Source of the DNA: Podarcis erhardii
Lineage: Eukaryota
Direction: 5' to 3' (one strand)
Assembly: GCA_964252035.1 (NCBI GenBank)
Contig: OZ176200.1
Length of the DNA stretch: 64,000 bases
The position numbers were made by a program, and so were the translations under genes. Under the pieces are notes generated by a model, which saw only the letters and a list, made by a program, of their open reading frames with translations, had not been told where the DNA came from and did not search any database. Positions 22,058 to 36,185 of the stretch are shown piece after piece (position 1 is the first letter of the stretch; each line of letters starts with the position of its first letter).

Positions 22058-25029
22058 CAAGAAAGCTTTTGATCGTGGGCTCCCCCATCTGCTGTCAGAA
22101 ATGGTTGCAATCCAGCAAAAGCTGCACTGTGTTAATGTTTGTGTGTGTGCTTCAGTTTACAGTCTCTGCAGCTCGGAGGATATGCCAAGCTGAATGTCTG
22201 CTTTTCCCTAGTAGGCACAAAGAATGGTTCAGGAAGTAGTATACATGATATATTTCCTTTCACCCATGAGAGTGAATATTATTTACCAAGTTGTTCCTCT
22301 GCCTACGGTATGAACTTCTGGCCTGATTTCATCTACTCTCTGTGTGCATTCTGATGTACTTAGAGAGCTCCTGTTACCCACAAGGAAGCTCTGTGCGCAC
22401 ATGGCAACACCCCTGGGTCTCTGAGCAGAGAGGCTATTGCTGCACAGCTGCTACCTGTTGCTTGGAGACTGCCCGCCTTCAAAATGGGCTGTTGTGTGTG
22501 TTTCCCATTCGTTGCCTGAATTCTGGCAGCTCTTTCATCTGCTCCCTTGAACACGGAGGGATTCGTGGAAGGGAAAGCAAAATTCTACCTATTACTAGTA
22601 ATTTAAGTCTTCTGGCCACTTCATTCCATGGTGCCCTCCCTGTCTCATTTGCTCTGGAGAAGACCAGCAACACACTCCCTGATATAACTGGGAGCAGCTT
22701 CAGTGGATGCCCCCCCCGCCCCTTCCAGGTATCGGCAACAATGAATTAAATAGATTGCTGGCATTTATTTCATGTTAAAGCTGTACCTTTGCCCCAATAC
22801 CATGACAGGGTTTTGCAGTGCAAACTACATGTTTTGTTCTGAGTTTTTCACCTGTCTGAGCACTCTGCCCTCATGGTTACAAATTCCTCTTACAAACATT
22901 AACCAAGAGCGAGCTGCAGAAGTCATCTTTGTATATTAGTGGGTTGTTGTTGTTTTTAAATAAAAACAAGCTCCCATTGTCCTTGCGTTGTGTTCTTAGA
23001 GGACCAAAACAGAAGGTGTCCATTTTCCTTTAGTTGTGTCAAACCTATGCAAATTGAACTAAAAAGAAAGTGTCATCCCAGATGGACAACATGGAGCAAA
23101 CAGAGGCCATGTTACAGCTTTAACAGGTAATAAGAGCTAGAGATATATTGAATTAGTTGTTGCTAGTATGTCGGGGAGAAGGAAGCAAAACCAGCCACTG
23201 TTTTCACAGAAGTTGCAACATTCTGTATGTGGGACTATCCATGACCTGTCTGCGGTCAACAGCAGTATGACCTTTAGTTCATAATGTGTTTTACCTGTTG
23301 ATACTTCTTTACTATTACTACTACTACTACTGTTGTTGGTGCTGCTGCTGCTACTGCTACTGCTACTACTACTACTAATAATTTCATATGAATATATGGT
23401 TCCCAAGGTGAAGGAGGTTGAAACATGCTAAGAGATGACAAAATTTAGAAGGTTATTTGCAAGAAGAAATGGTAGGGTTGTGTTTTTTGTGTGTGTTGGC
23501 AACATGCAAACCATTACATTTCAATCCCCTCTCCTACTTAAGAAATACTGTCTAAGTTTAAGGTTAATAATCAAATTATATAAGCAAATGTCAAGATTAA
23601 AAAAGACCTTGCATACTGAGACTAAAAATAAAAGGGGGAAAACCAGGGTGCCGGAGAGCGCTTTCATTGTTATAGATCCGGTGTGCCTATTTTTAGACGT
23701 TCAAAGGTTTGTGGCTGCAGGAAGATATCAAAATATTTTGGTATTTCTTTTTAAAAATGGGATTAGGATGTGTTCATTCGTTTTATATGTCAGCCTTCAC
23801 ATCTTGACGTGTGCTTCAAGGGAGTAGGCAGCTGCGCCTGTCAACAGGGGGCTACACACTGGGGTGCCATTTCAGATTCCAGGGAAAGAAGAGATTTGAT
23901 TCTCATCAAGGTTCGAAGGCATTCTTTTGGATGCTTTCTAACCCTTCATGGCCACCTGAAGCCTTTCCCCCACCTGAGATCCTGCATTACTCAGCCATTT
24001 AAAGCCTGTAGGCCCTTAATTTGCCAGCCTGCCTTCTCCTTAGAATGTAGGTGGCCAAAAAAAAGGGGGGGGGGCGGCTGTGTCATTACTGAAGGCCCAA
24101 ATTACAAGACTTTCAACTAATACTGTAGTAGATACATGCCATCTAGAGGGGCAAACTGCCTATCCCTCTGCATTTCAGACTACAAGTAATTATTCCTAAA
24201 AGCACATGAAATACAGTGCTTTAAAAATGTTTCTGTTGTTACTTCTTATTTTGTGAGTCGCCCTCCACACATATGTCCCATTGCAATTTGCTGACATGTC
24301 CTTAAAAACAGCTAAAATAATTTTTAAACAGCACAAGAGCTGCAGAGGTATAGGTTTAAAAACAACATGGAATGAACCTCCAAGCAGAGACCTGGGAAAA
24401 GCTTGTTGAAAACACCCAAAAGTGGGCCTTTGAACCTTGCTGTGCATTGAATTGTGCCTTCCTAAATCCACCTCCCCAAATCTGAAATGTCACAACCCCC
24501 TATGTACCTTGGAGTGTAGTTTAGTCTCTTAATCTGCCACGCCAGGGAATAGGCTTCTGTGCAGCACTGGAGAGGCAGACAGGAATGTAGGCCAGACTCA
24601 CCTGTTGCTAGGCTCCCATATCTTCCTCCTCCTGACTAGGGCTGCCGCAAACGTCTGCATTTGCCGGTGTTGGCTAATTAAAGCCACATTCACTATTCTG
24701 GTGCCCTAGATGTTTTTGGACTACAACTCTCTCCGCATGCTGGCTGGGGCTGATGGGAATTGTGGTCCAAAATGTTTGGAAGGTTCAGGTTTGTGAAGGC
24801 TCTTCTAGGCACTACCCTGCCTCCCTCCTCTAAATTATTTCTAAAAATGAATTGGGTAAATGCAAACTGATCGTTCCTGACTATGGAACGTAGCCTGGTA
24901 TTGTAATGGTCATGCTGGTGGATATCCAGAACAAACCTGTTGTTTAGAGTCTCCGTCTCTTAGCTTTGTCCCCTTGCACTATTTAATAACAACAATCCAC
25001 CCTTCATTCTGAGGTCCCAGGGTGGATTA

Positions 25030-25246
25030 CAGTGGTACCTCGGGTTACAGACGCTTCAGGTTACATACGCTTCAGGTTACAGACTCCGCTATCCCAGAAA
25101 TAGTACCTCGGGTTAAGATCTTTGCTTCAGGATGAGAACAGAAATTGCGGTGTAGCGGCAGCAGGACGCCCCATTAGCTAAAGTGAAACCTCAGGTTAAG
25201 AACAGACCTCCAGAAAGAATTAAGTTCTTAACCCGAGGTACCACTG
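25030..25246. mobile_element. Tc1/mariner (Tigger-like) MITE
   Basis: TIR CAGTGGTACCTCGGGTTA / TAACCCGAGGTACCACTG with TA TSDs. Near-identical to 62393-62618. Confidence 0.92.
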
Positions 25247-28200
25247 TACAATAATTTAAACTGCAGCATTAAAAAACGTAGCTTAAAAGAGTTTAATTAT
25301 TGCAAAAATAGGAAGGGTCCTCAAAATATACACCTCAAGGCTACAGTAAAGATTAGGTACACCAGTTTGCTTTCTGCAGTCCTTTATTTCCCCAAATTGC
25401 CAGGGTTTTCAGTATTTTCTGAATGTGGTTAATTGTTTTTCTCGTCTCTTGAAACACCAGCAGAGCCCTGATTTCTTTAAAAGACAAGATTGAAGGAAAG
25501 TAGTCATCTTAAATACTGTATGTTATTTGTTCTAGTGCCCAAAAGGAAACCTTTTGATGATAGTTGGGTAGACTGACTGGTGATTTGGAACTGAAAAATG
25601 TCTGAGCAGAGAGCCATTCATTTTATGAGACTTGTTCTGCTCTGTTGTTTAACAGGACTGCAAACAAAATATTTTAGAAACCCCCACGTGTGCAAGTGAA
25701 GGCATGCAGCCAATGAAGATACTGGTTGCTAAGCAGTCTGAGAAACAGATCCATATGGTTAGTTGTTTTGAGGAGATTTGGTAAGGCTTATACAAAGAAC
25801 AAACAGCAGCAGGACTAGGATTTTTGAGAGTATTGTTTAATTTCCCATTCATGGGTTCCAATGAGGGTAAAAAGTCCTATGGATAGAGTTCAACTTAATT
25901 GCATGTGTGGGATAGGGTCTCCTCACACAGTGGTACTTTCCCCCCTCTCTCCCCCACCCTAAATCTGCTCTGAAGGGTTGGGAGAGGGAAACCCAGAACA
26001 GGATTAGGGGGCACACGGTGGGAGGTGAGAGGGGGAAAGTTTCATGGCATGAGTAGACCCAGTTCCCCATGCACATTCCCCACTTGACAATTGGCTGAAT
26101 TCCATGCTCTATAGACAGCATGCCCAGGATGAGGGGAACCCTGAACACGCTATAGTTCATAGATTGTGGGTGGGGAAGCTGTGGCCCTCTAGATGTTTTT
26201 GGACTAACAACTTCTGCACATCCCAATCAGCATGGCCAGTGGTCTGGGATGATGGAAGTTATAGTCTCAACACCACTGAGAAGACCACAGGCTCACCGCC
26301 TCTGCATTAGCAATTCTCTTGATACCTCACTCTTGGTTACTTAAAACTTGAAGACTCATTTCTGAGTAGATGAACAGATTCCTTTGACAAGTATCATGTT
26401 TGATGTGATTTTACAGAAATATGGAAGTTCTGCCCTTGGTGTTTGATCTGTGGTGGCCCATTTACACATTATGTTGCACTCACCATATGATGACAACTGC
26501 TTCTGTCAATTGGCCTAAAGCCGATACCTTATCTTCTCCCCCTCTCCCATATATTGGAGGGCCTGAAAACATTCATGCTTCATGAACCCTTCCTGCCTGT
26601 GTCCAGGGCTTCATTGATCCAATGCACTGCACAAATGTTTATGTGATTGTGTGCGCATTTGCCTGCAAAACTCCCAAATTCTTTCTTGTTATTGCAATCG
26701 TAACAAAAATTATGGAAAATGTGGAAGTATTGTCTGTTGAGAAGAGAAGTTTGACAGCTTTAATACGCTGCATAGAACCCTGGATCAGACTTTCTGTGCC
26801 CTTTCTAACCTCTGTCATTGCCAAACTATGCACAATTATGAGCGCATAGTTAGCCTGTTCACTTGATTTATAAAGGTGTATGGCAGGGGTGCAAGATTCA
26901 GATGAGTTGGTGGGCCACCCATCTAGCAGGGAGAACTTTTAAAATGACATCTCACATCTAATCATGCTGTGCTGTCCTCCTGCATCTTGCCTTCACCTGC
27001 ATCACAGTTCTCCTTCCCCAGCCCAAAATTCTTTCTTTAACTGCAAGTACAAGCAAACTGCAAACTTTACACCTCTGTGCTCCCATGCATTCATCTTCAC
27101 ACTCATTGACACTTGTGCTGCTATTTAAAGGGAATTGTGGAAGAGGCTAATGCTGAGTCAGTCACTTTGGCCCTTCTAAGGTCATTTGCTCCACTGCTTC
27201 CTTGCCCTGAAGGTGATTCAGTAATTTGTGTGGTCAGTGAAGGCGTGCGATGGACCATACTGGAGATAAGACTCCCAGGCCATTTGGTTGATTGGCAGCT
27301 CTGAACTAGGAAGACACTGCTGGATCTTTAGGTAAGGTGTTCTTTACTTTTGTCAGAATGTTTCAACACCATACAGGGTTGGAGGGCTGTAACTCAGCAT
27401 CCCTAGTGATCTTTTGGACTCGTGTCCATTTGCAGGCACTGTGCACCTTTTGAAGCAGCTACTTGAAAGATGCACTCCTAGCATCAATCAGCTGATTGGT
27501 TCTGACAGCACAAGTTCAAAGAGGCTCACTCTCCGCACCAGTCAGCTGATGTCACGTGATCTCAAAATGATGCCTCACCTGCCGGGGGAAGTGGGAAGAC
27601 AGCATGCAGACCAGAGTGTCTGCTGTTCAACATTGCAGAAAAAGCATTTATACAATGCTCTAGAGAGAGAGATGTGCCCCAGAGTCTCAATGTATCTGCT
27701 TGACCATAGTGGAAGTGGGGCAAACTCGGCATCTACTGAGACCTGGATAGACCTTTTGTAGGTTTTGGCAAAACACTCCCATTTCACCATTGTAAATCCT
27801 GGGCACAGCACTGAAGCTGCCTTGACCTGGCAAATTTATCACAGAAGAATTAGGCTTTCAATTAATAATGTTCCATACAAGTCATTGTATATTGCATCTT
27901 TTTGCAGTGTATGTTGCTTCTTGGGCTTCTCTTTTTTCCTCTTTATTTCCAGATTGTGTTTCTGTACTTGAAGGGGGCAGTGGGGGTGGAGGCTGTGTAC
28001 TTTTTCTTTCCCTGATTTATATATCATAGACTGGTCTGACACAGGCAGTGGATTAGTAACTAGCTTTTCATATTGATAGCTGTTCTGCAGACTCTGCCTC
28101 TTGGTGCTTGAGGTGCAGCACTGTTTCATCTGAACATTTGATTCTATTTGGTTCCTTTCCCCTTCAATAAGTGTCTGCATGAGGGGTGGCGGTAGAGAGG

Positions 28201-29288
28201 CTTGACTTGGATTTAGATCTGTTTCCTATTGGTGTCTGCCTCTCTGTGTATATTTGTTGCTGCATTTCATGATCCATGATGGTGGTAGGTAAGTAAATCT
28301 AAATTCCCTAGGTGGCAGTTGCGTTCTAGATGTGGGAAGACTACTTTCCTCCATTTGGCATGATTTTGTATGAAATGTCTGCCCAAGAACGGCACAGCAA
28401 GGGGTCGCATTCAGCCTCTGATGCCAATAGAAGCTAATTCCTCTGCTGGCTGAGAGAGTGAATTTTACTTCAAAGTAAGCTGTCCATCAGAACATGCTGG
28501 ACATCCTGTTCTGGAGTCTCTTGATAGAACAGCCAAGAGTGGTGTCTATTGGGATAGTAGAACACTCCAGCAGAGAGATGGGATCTGTGTCTGGGGTTCT
28601 GCAGCTTCATTATAGATCTGTAAGTTACCAACATGGCAGTTAGGGGCCAGAATGCAGAGGGGAGACCTTGGATGATGAGTTGTTATGTTGCTTTTGTTGG
28701 TTTCTTTTTCTTTTGAGCCTCGCTATTAGGACACAGAGTATTTCCAAATGCATTGTGTAACAAAGTGGACTGTGCTTCTTTTGATAAAGTACTTCCTTTC
28801 TGTAATAAAGTGGGGGCAAAAGTTAATTGCTGCCTTTTCAGCATGGCAATAAGGTCCCTGGTGCATTCGCTCTGATATGTGGACTTTGGAGTGTTTGTAG
28901 AAAGAGAATTTCAATTTTGGTACACGTAAAACTGAGAGGTAGGAAAAAGGTGAGAAAGAGAGTGCAGGCGAGAATGTGAGAATGTGTGATTGAAGCTGTG
29001 GATTCTTGAGTCACTGAACTGTATTTTCTTTTGGACAGCCATTAGGGAACAGCCAAGGGCGTGAAGGGATCCTGCTAGGATATTGTTACGGTAGCTATAT
29101 GCAAGTCTGGTGGTGTCTCCCTGGCTCAAGAGAAGGCACTGAAACGAGGCCAAATCTGTACTGTGCCCCAGAAGGTATCTGCAGTTGCATTTACAGAACA
29201 GAATGACCACCTTTGTGTTCTTTAGTGGTTAAAGCAGAATTCACCTGAATGGCTGTTAGAATTAATGGAAAGAACGAGTTTGAACTTG

Positions 29289-29984
29289 CTGTTGTTGTTG
29301 TTTAGTCATTTAGTCGTGTCCGACTCTTCATGACCCCATGGACCAGAGCACGCCAGGCACTCCTGTCTTCCACTGCCTCCTACAGTTTGGTCAGACTCAT
29401 GTTTGTAGCTTTGAGAACATTGCCCAACCATCTTGTCTTCTGTCGTCCCCTTCTCCTTGTGCCTTCCATCTTTCCCAACATCAGGGTCTTTTCCAGGGAG
29501 TCTTCTCTTCTTATGAGGTGGTCAAAGTATTGGAGCCTCAGCTTCAGGATCTGTCCTTCCAGTGAGCACTCAGGGCTGATTTCCGAAACGGATTTGTAAA
29601 AACGTTACATGGAAGAAGAAGAAGGAAAAAAAATACGAGGCACTACCCTTCTGTAAAACAAGAAAATCCTTAATAAAAAAAAATAAAAAATAAATAAATA
29701 GAATAGAGAGGTCTGATCTTCTTGCAGTCCGTGGGACTCTCAAGAGTCTCCTCCAGCACCATAATTCAAAAGCATCAATTCTTTGGTGATCAGCCTTCTT
29801 TATGGTCCAGCTCTCACTTCCATACATCACTACTGGGAAAACTATAGCTTTAACTATATAGACTTTAGTCGGCAGGGTGATGTCTCTGCTTTTTAAGATG
29901 CTGTCTAGGTTTGTCGTTGCTTTTCTCCCAAGAAGCAGGCATCTTTTAATTTTGTGACTGCTGTCACCATCTGCAGTGATCATG
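29289..29984 (-). mobile_element. 5'-truncated BovB (RTE) LINE interrupted by a 115-bp insertion
   Basis: Translates to RTE RT C-terminal motifs (IKRCLLLGRKA, YGSESWTIKKA, RIDAFELWCWRRLL). Has a (CAA)n tail and a probable 7-bp TSD gaacttg (29282-29288, 29985-29991). Confidence 0.9.
29585..29699 (+). mobile_element. Short A-tailed retro-insertion (L1-type 3' end) nested in BovB
   Basis: Interrupts the BovB sequence gatttcc|agaat and ends in AATAAA plus an A-rich tail. Confidence 0.6.
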
Positions 29985-30617
29985 GAACTTGTAGGCTTTA
30001 TATTTACAAGAGATTTTAACCACTGCAATGTTGCAGTGGCACAAAATGCAATGGCATCCATTTGTTGCTATGCAAGAATGTATTTGCTGTGGGGGGATTT
30101 TGTACTGCTGGAGCTTCAACAATGATTGGAAAATTTAGTGGGGTCATGGCGCATAAATAGAACGCTTCTAGGTAAATATAGCTCTGATCATGGATGGAGA
30201 GGCCTTTGCTGGGATATTGCCAGCCTCTCAGAAATGAAGGGTTTGTGCTTAAAACTCAGGTAGGGAGCTTACTGGCTCAGAGAGGACTATTGTGTCTCAG
30301 CTGTGTGCTTATCCACACTTAACCTTTCCTCCACGCTTTCCAGGCATGGTCTGTGCTTTAAAACAATGTGTCCAAGTGCTCTTTCTTTCTTTCGCTCCAG
30401 AGGTTTCCCCGTGGAACCCTACTCCTTACTGCTGAATCAGAGCAAACAGCAATCCATGGAAAATTCAAATTGCGCTTTGTTGTGTTTGAGCTTTAAAGAG
30501 TGAGTTTTCATGGGAAAAGTCTGGAATGGGAATGAGAAAGAGAGAGAGAGAGAGAGAGAGCGCTCAGATACGGAGCTTTAAAGCATGGAGCTGTGCCTGG
30601 AAAGTGTGGGGCTAAAG

Positions 30618-30878
30618 CAGTGGTCAGCAACCTAAGTCCCATGGACCAGAAGCAGCCTGCGGAGGTTGTTTGACCCACCCCCCAAGCCACCCGCTTGCCC
30701 ACTGCACTAAACTGGCACTGAGCAGTGTGGGGACTCGTTTCTGCGGGGACTCGTTTCTGCGGCTCCAAAAATCATGTGTGCGCAGACTCTGAAAATCACG
30801 GGTGCGCATGATCCAGCCCACAGAGGGATCTCTGTGGGACTGATCCGGCCCAGGAAAGATAAACCTTGCTGACCCCTG
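30618..30878. mobile_element. hAT MITE
   Basis: TIR CAGTGGTCAGCAAC / CTTGCTGACCCCTG, 8-bp TSD ggctaaag/gactaaag (7/8), and an internal 16-bp tandem duplication at 30729-30760. Confidence 0.85.
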
Positions 30879-31548
30879 GACTAAAGGTAAGTGTGGACAA
30901 GCCCTGTGTGCACAGGGAGCAGTTCAGCAGGTGGGACTTGTTCTGTCACAGAGCTGCAGTGATAGGCTAAGCAACTGAATGTTTACTGAATGTATACACG
31001 CTGGTGCATTTTTAAGAACACAATCCTAAAATCAGTTTATAGGATTTGAAAATCGGTAGGTTTGGAAACTGACTTTTTTTTGGGGGGGGGAGAGGACAAT
31101 TCTGTTGAAGTTAATCTGCATCAGTTTTTAAATGCTTGAGTCTTACCTATCCCTAGAAATAGGGAAGTAAATCTTGGAATAATCTACAAGTCCTCTGATA
31201 CAATTTCCCATGTGTTTAGTATCAGCCAGAACCCTGCTGGGGGTGGGAGTGGAGGGAGATAGGTAACTGGAAATAATGTAGAAAACATGGCTGTTTGGCT
31301 TTCTCTGATCCTGCAGTAAGAGAATAGCACATGAAAGATAAGAAATCCAGTGATCTATTCAACAGATGTTGCCCACACATTGAAATCACAAGATCTTTCT
31401 CATACCCCCCCTCCAAAAAGCTGGTATAATTAATTTGTGTACATTGTGTTTTACAAAGAACAGGTTTGACAGGCCTCTTACCCCACGGGGCTTGCAAGCA
31501 ATAGACAAAAAGGAAACTATAGAGGAAGGAGCGGTAAATTGAGTGAGG

Positions 31549-31550
<2 letters not shown>

Positions 31551-31587
<37 letters not shown>
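31551..31587. repeat. (TAA)n microsatellite
   Basis: About 12 units. Confidence 0.95.
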
Positions 31588-33039
31588 TTGAAAACCTAAA
31601 ACAACATCCACATGCCCATGTGGATTCTGATCAACTTTAGCATCTAAACTCTAGTCAAAGGTTCGTCCCTGGGTGGGTCGCAACAATGAAAACAACATTG
31701 GAAACTATTTCAAACAACTTGCTACTCTTTTTAAACTAATGAAAAATGGGATAAACATAAAATTGATCATTAGTTAAATGAACAATATAGCAGTTTGTTC
31801 ATCACTTGCACTGAATTGTTCACCACTTGCAGATGAAAATTAATGTCCTATTGTATAATTAATATTTCTTAATTGGGCAACTTTTTATTTTACTATGGAA
31901 AGTGTTAACATTAAGCTGCTGTCCCCTGGACTCTCCTATGCCATCTCCCTTTCAATGAAACAGTGTGCCTTGTAGAGTGGATGAAAGACAGTGTGTGTGT
32001 GTAATATCAGACATGTTTGTAAATGTAATGTTAAACAGAACAGATTAAAAGAATTTGGTTTCGAAACCTTGGAGTGCCTTCAGACAACTAGCAGTTTAAT
32101 AAAAGATAGCAAACCTTAAGCAGTGTCCTTTGTTGTGATAGGTCAGGCGTTTCTGTCCTGAACAGTATTTGTTTTGTTGGCTTGCCAAGGAAATCTTACT
32201 GCTAACATCAGAAAAGTCTTAGAGCAGCACGGTCCACACTCATAATATTTATTGTATATAGGATAGTTCAAGAAGTAGATTTGTCTGCCTCCAATAGTAA
32301 GTTTTTTATTCCTAAAATTGTTGCTGTGTTAGTCCCCAAGGAACAAGTACAAAATAGCTAATGATTTCTGTCCTTGGCTCAGTTTCTACTGATGCAACCA
32401 TGTGTGAACTTTGGAGCTGTGCACAGTTCTTTACTTAGCAGAGTGGCATCTGTTCAACAGCAGAGAGAAGAAAGCACACAGACACCCGTCAATTAACATT
32501 GTTGTTGTGCTATTGCACTCATGTCCTGCTGGTGGGCTACCACAAGCTGCTGTGGGAACAGAATGCTGGAGTAGATTATCCTTTGGTCCTTTCCTTCAAA
32601 GAGGTAGATTTTCAGCCAAGATCTCCATGACATAATTTTTGAGGCTCCTCTTTGCTTGAAGTACTACCTTTGATTCTTTTCTCAGCACCTGGTTAAGAGA
32701 AGTCCTTTTAATTATTTTTAACAACCAGTATAACAAAGAAAGAAAAGCAGAGGGGGGAAGGTGAAAGAAAAAAACACATGCCATCAGTTCATATTAAGAT
32801 AAGCCTTCCTAAATAATGCGTCATTCCACATTCCCTCTGAATTTCCACCTTGCAGCTAACCTTGAAGATTGCTTCCAGATAGTGGGCTCTTTTTTGTGTA
32901 TGGGTGGGGGAAGTAGGTGCTTTAAAATTAGTGCTTTCTCGCTATTGAGAAATGATGAAAGATAGAATAAACTTGGTCGTCTTAATATTTCCTCTTTTCA
33001 GAACTTCTGGCATCTCTTAATAATATAATTACAATAATT

Positions 33040-33430
33040 TCCTCACCCGTAGGGCTGCCAGTGGTGGTACAGAGAGTATAAATACCCTATTATCCTAGGA
33101 TCCTCCAACAATACCCCAGAAATGGTGAACAACAATCTGCCTCTCTGGCCCAACACCTGCTGCAGACCCTCTAAACCTGTCTCAAGGTCAAAAGATTTCC
33201 TGGTCAGGGAGATGGCACTCTTATGGACAATAGCAACACCACTGCCTTGACCACCCCAGTCTAGCCTGGTGCAGTACTGAAAACCCAGGTGGGCATAGCT
33301 GGGTAAGATATGGCCCACCCAGCTTTTTCGCCCAAGTCTCTGTAATGCCTGCTGGATCTGCCCATTCATCCACAATCAAGTCATTGATGAGCATGGTTTT
33401 CTTATGGGCAGATCTGGCGTTCTGCAACAG
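33040..33430 (-). mobile_element. Degraded L2/CR1-group LINE, APE endonuclease fragment
   Basis: LLQNARSAHKKTMLINDLIVDEWAD..ITETW matches APE motifs I-II of L2-clade ORF2. Confidence 0.75.
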
Positions 33431-34075
33431 CACCACTAGACTGGAGGGCTCAGTCAATATGCTACCAGTGGTTTGCAGAGATATGAGAGAGTTGAAACAA
33501 ATAATGCAGACCAAACACCTAAGCCTGTTTATTTTTTATTATTTAAATGAAAGCTGATCTTCTTGGTCTGTCAAAATAACATCTTTTTTTTTTTTTGGAA
33601 TATATTTGGTTCTCTGCAGTTACTTGACACACTTATAAATGTAAACAAGAATCAAACCCTCTTCTGGAACTGATGTGTATAATTCCCTTACAGAATGCAA
33701 ATGTATCTGTGCAACTCATTCCAAAGTTGCTGATAATGAAAAGCCTCTGGTGGGGAGGATGGTAGCTGACCTGTTTGCCATGCCAACAACTGACAACTTC
33801 TCTACCTTCGGGGCATGTCAGTCATTTGAAGTGGAATGTCTCTGAGAGTGAATGAGATATGGTGAATTGCTAGACAGAAGCTGGTTCCCAGCTGATGTCA
33901 GGCAAGCAAAACACTTAAGAAAGGGTGAATGCAGTTCAGCTTCTGACTTGGAAACAGCTAGTTTTTAATTCATGCTTTCCCACTTCTCCAGTGGGCTGGA
34001 ATGTTTACAGCATCAACTGTTATTTCTCCTGGGCCATAAAAGAACACGTTTTACCTAGAGGCAATACATAAATCA

Positions 34076-34290
34076 GGGCTCATCCAGACTTGTCGTATGT
34101 CTAGAAAGCACAGGTTCAAGCGTTTTCCCCCTTGCTCTGCCACTTTCCCCAGAAAAGCCAGCTCTTCAGTGATAAATCAGGCAAATGTCAGTTCAGAGAA
34201 AATCCGATTGACATTTGGTCCGATTCAGTGGTAAATTATGAGTTTCCCTAGGGGAAAAGCAGCAGGGCAGGGACAGGTCTGGATGAGCCC
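34076..34290. mobile_element. MITE with 14-bp TIRs (Harbinger-like)
   Basis: GGGCTCATCCAGAC (34076-34089) / GTCTGGATGAGCCC (34277-34290). Flanks are tca/cca. Confidence 0.7.
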
Positions 34291-35723
34291 CCACTATCAA
34301 AGGAGCCTAGTCCATTAGGGCAAATGAGACACTGCCCCACCAATCTCAATCTGCCCTCAGCCAGCCTCTGCTTGCCTGTTGTCTTAGTTAAAACCAGTTT
34401 GGGGTGGTTGCTTAGCATTAACTGTCCTCTTCCTCCCCCTCCTCCTCCCCCTCCTCCTCCATCTCAGTATTGCCCTTATACTCCTTTGTAGGAAGGAAGA
34501 GGATAGGGACAAACTAGAATGAGTTGGCTCTGGCTCCTGTTGTTTTCTTCCATGCTTTCCACCCTAGCAGTCCCAAAAGGGAAGTAGCCACCACTGGTTA
34601 CTATTGCTGTTCTGTATCTGGGTGAAACACAGTAAAGCGGTGAATGCGATGTTTTGAAATGGGTGCATTTATGCTACTGTTTCTTCTGACGCATGGACAA
34701 GTTTGTGGGTTAAGAGCTCAATTGCATTGCAGTTAGTTGGCTATCCAGCTAACAGGCCCCCCTTCCCCTAGCGCCCAATCACTTGCATTAGGAACCCAGG
34801 CAGGGTTCTGCTTAGAAGGACCTAGCACATGTTAGCCCACTGCCAAACATATCTTCTAGAGTCTTTTTGGTAATAAAAACTACCTGATGGAGACAATTGT
34901 CTTTTTTATTTGCTTTAGTAACTCTCCAGCTATTCAGCAGAATGTTTTCAAACATGTATTCTTCCATGTTAACCTGTTCTGTACTGCTATCCTTATTGCT
35001 AACAGATTGAAGTTTCAGGAGCTAATTTATCACAGATTACATCAGTTCTCTCATCACTTGATGACATTGTTTTAGGACACTGATGAATGTGTGAACTGTC
35101 TGTACTGAAAAGCAGGGGTTTTTCCCCCAGCCGGGGAAACTGGGTCGTCCTTAAAGTGGGAGAAGTGGGAGTTCCTGCACCTGTTTTTCTAGAAAAGAAG
35201 CACTGCTAAAAAGTGTTGCAGTGTGGTGGCAGAGGTGGGGGAAACAAAAGCTCTGTGTTTTCTTGATATGTAATAACTGTTTCACACATACAGTACATGC
35301 CATATCTCAATAGTGAAGAAATAGAGTAGAATTATGTGTGCGTGAATTTGCACTAGCGCTTACCTAATCCCGTTGGAACAATATCACTGTTGCATATTAT
35401 GTGTATAGATTAAAAATTTCAAACTCTACAGAGAGCAAATATATCTTCCTTTTTCCGAAATGTGTTAGGTAATTTTTGACGAGAAAATATGTGTGTAGAG
35501 ATTGTTGCAAAAAACATCCATTGAGCGGTGCTCAGCATCTAAAACTGCAGGGTTATTTTTAATTTTAACTTGCCCTATGAGTAAAGCAATGATATATCAT
35601 ATTGGCAAACAGTATAAAACAACAGTAACATTTATGAAACCAAATACAAAATGCACCACAAGTTTGTGGATCAAATTAATACACCAGTGTGCCTGAAAAT
35701 CCTGAGTGAGTTTTAAGCAGGTT

Positions 35724-36185
35724 ATAATAACAACAACAATTATTATTATTATTTATTATTTATACCCCACCCATTTGGCTGGATTTCCCCAGACACTCTG
35801 GGTGGCTTCCAACAGAATAAAACATCAAACATTAAAAACTTCCCTAAACAGGGCTGCCTTCATATGTCTTCTAAAAGTCAGAGAGTTGTTTATTTCCTTG
35901 ACATATTATGGGAGGGCATTCCACAGGGCGGGCATCACCACCAAGAAGGGCCTCTGCCTGATTCCCTGTAACTTCACATCGTACAGTGCAGGAACCGCCA
36001 GAAGGCCCTCGGAGCTGGACCACAGAGTCCTGGTAGAACAATGGGGGTGGAGACGCTCCTTCAGGTATACTGGACCGAGGCCGTTTAGGGCTTTAAAGGT
36101 CAGCACCAACACCTCAAATTGTGCTTGGAGACGTACTGGGAGCCAATGTACATCTTTCAGGACCGGTGTTATAGGGTCTCAACAG
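35724..36185 (-). mobile_element. L2-clade LINE 3' fragment
   Basis: Minus-strand VLTFKALNGLGPVYLKERL, (TAA)n tail, and high similarity to 59846-60421. Confidence 0.85.

Noticed and set aside
29570-30061. 163-aa minus-strand ORF
   Set aside because: A BovB RT fragment fused by chance to flanking DNA and the nested insert.
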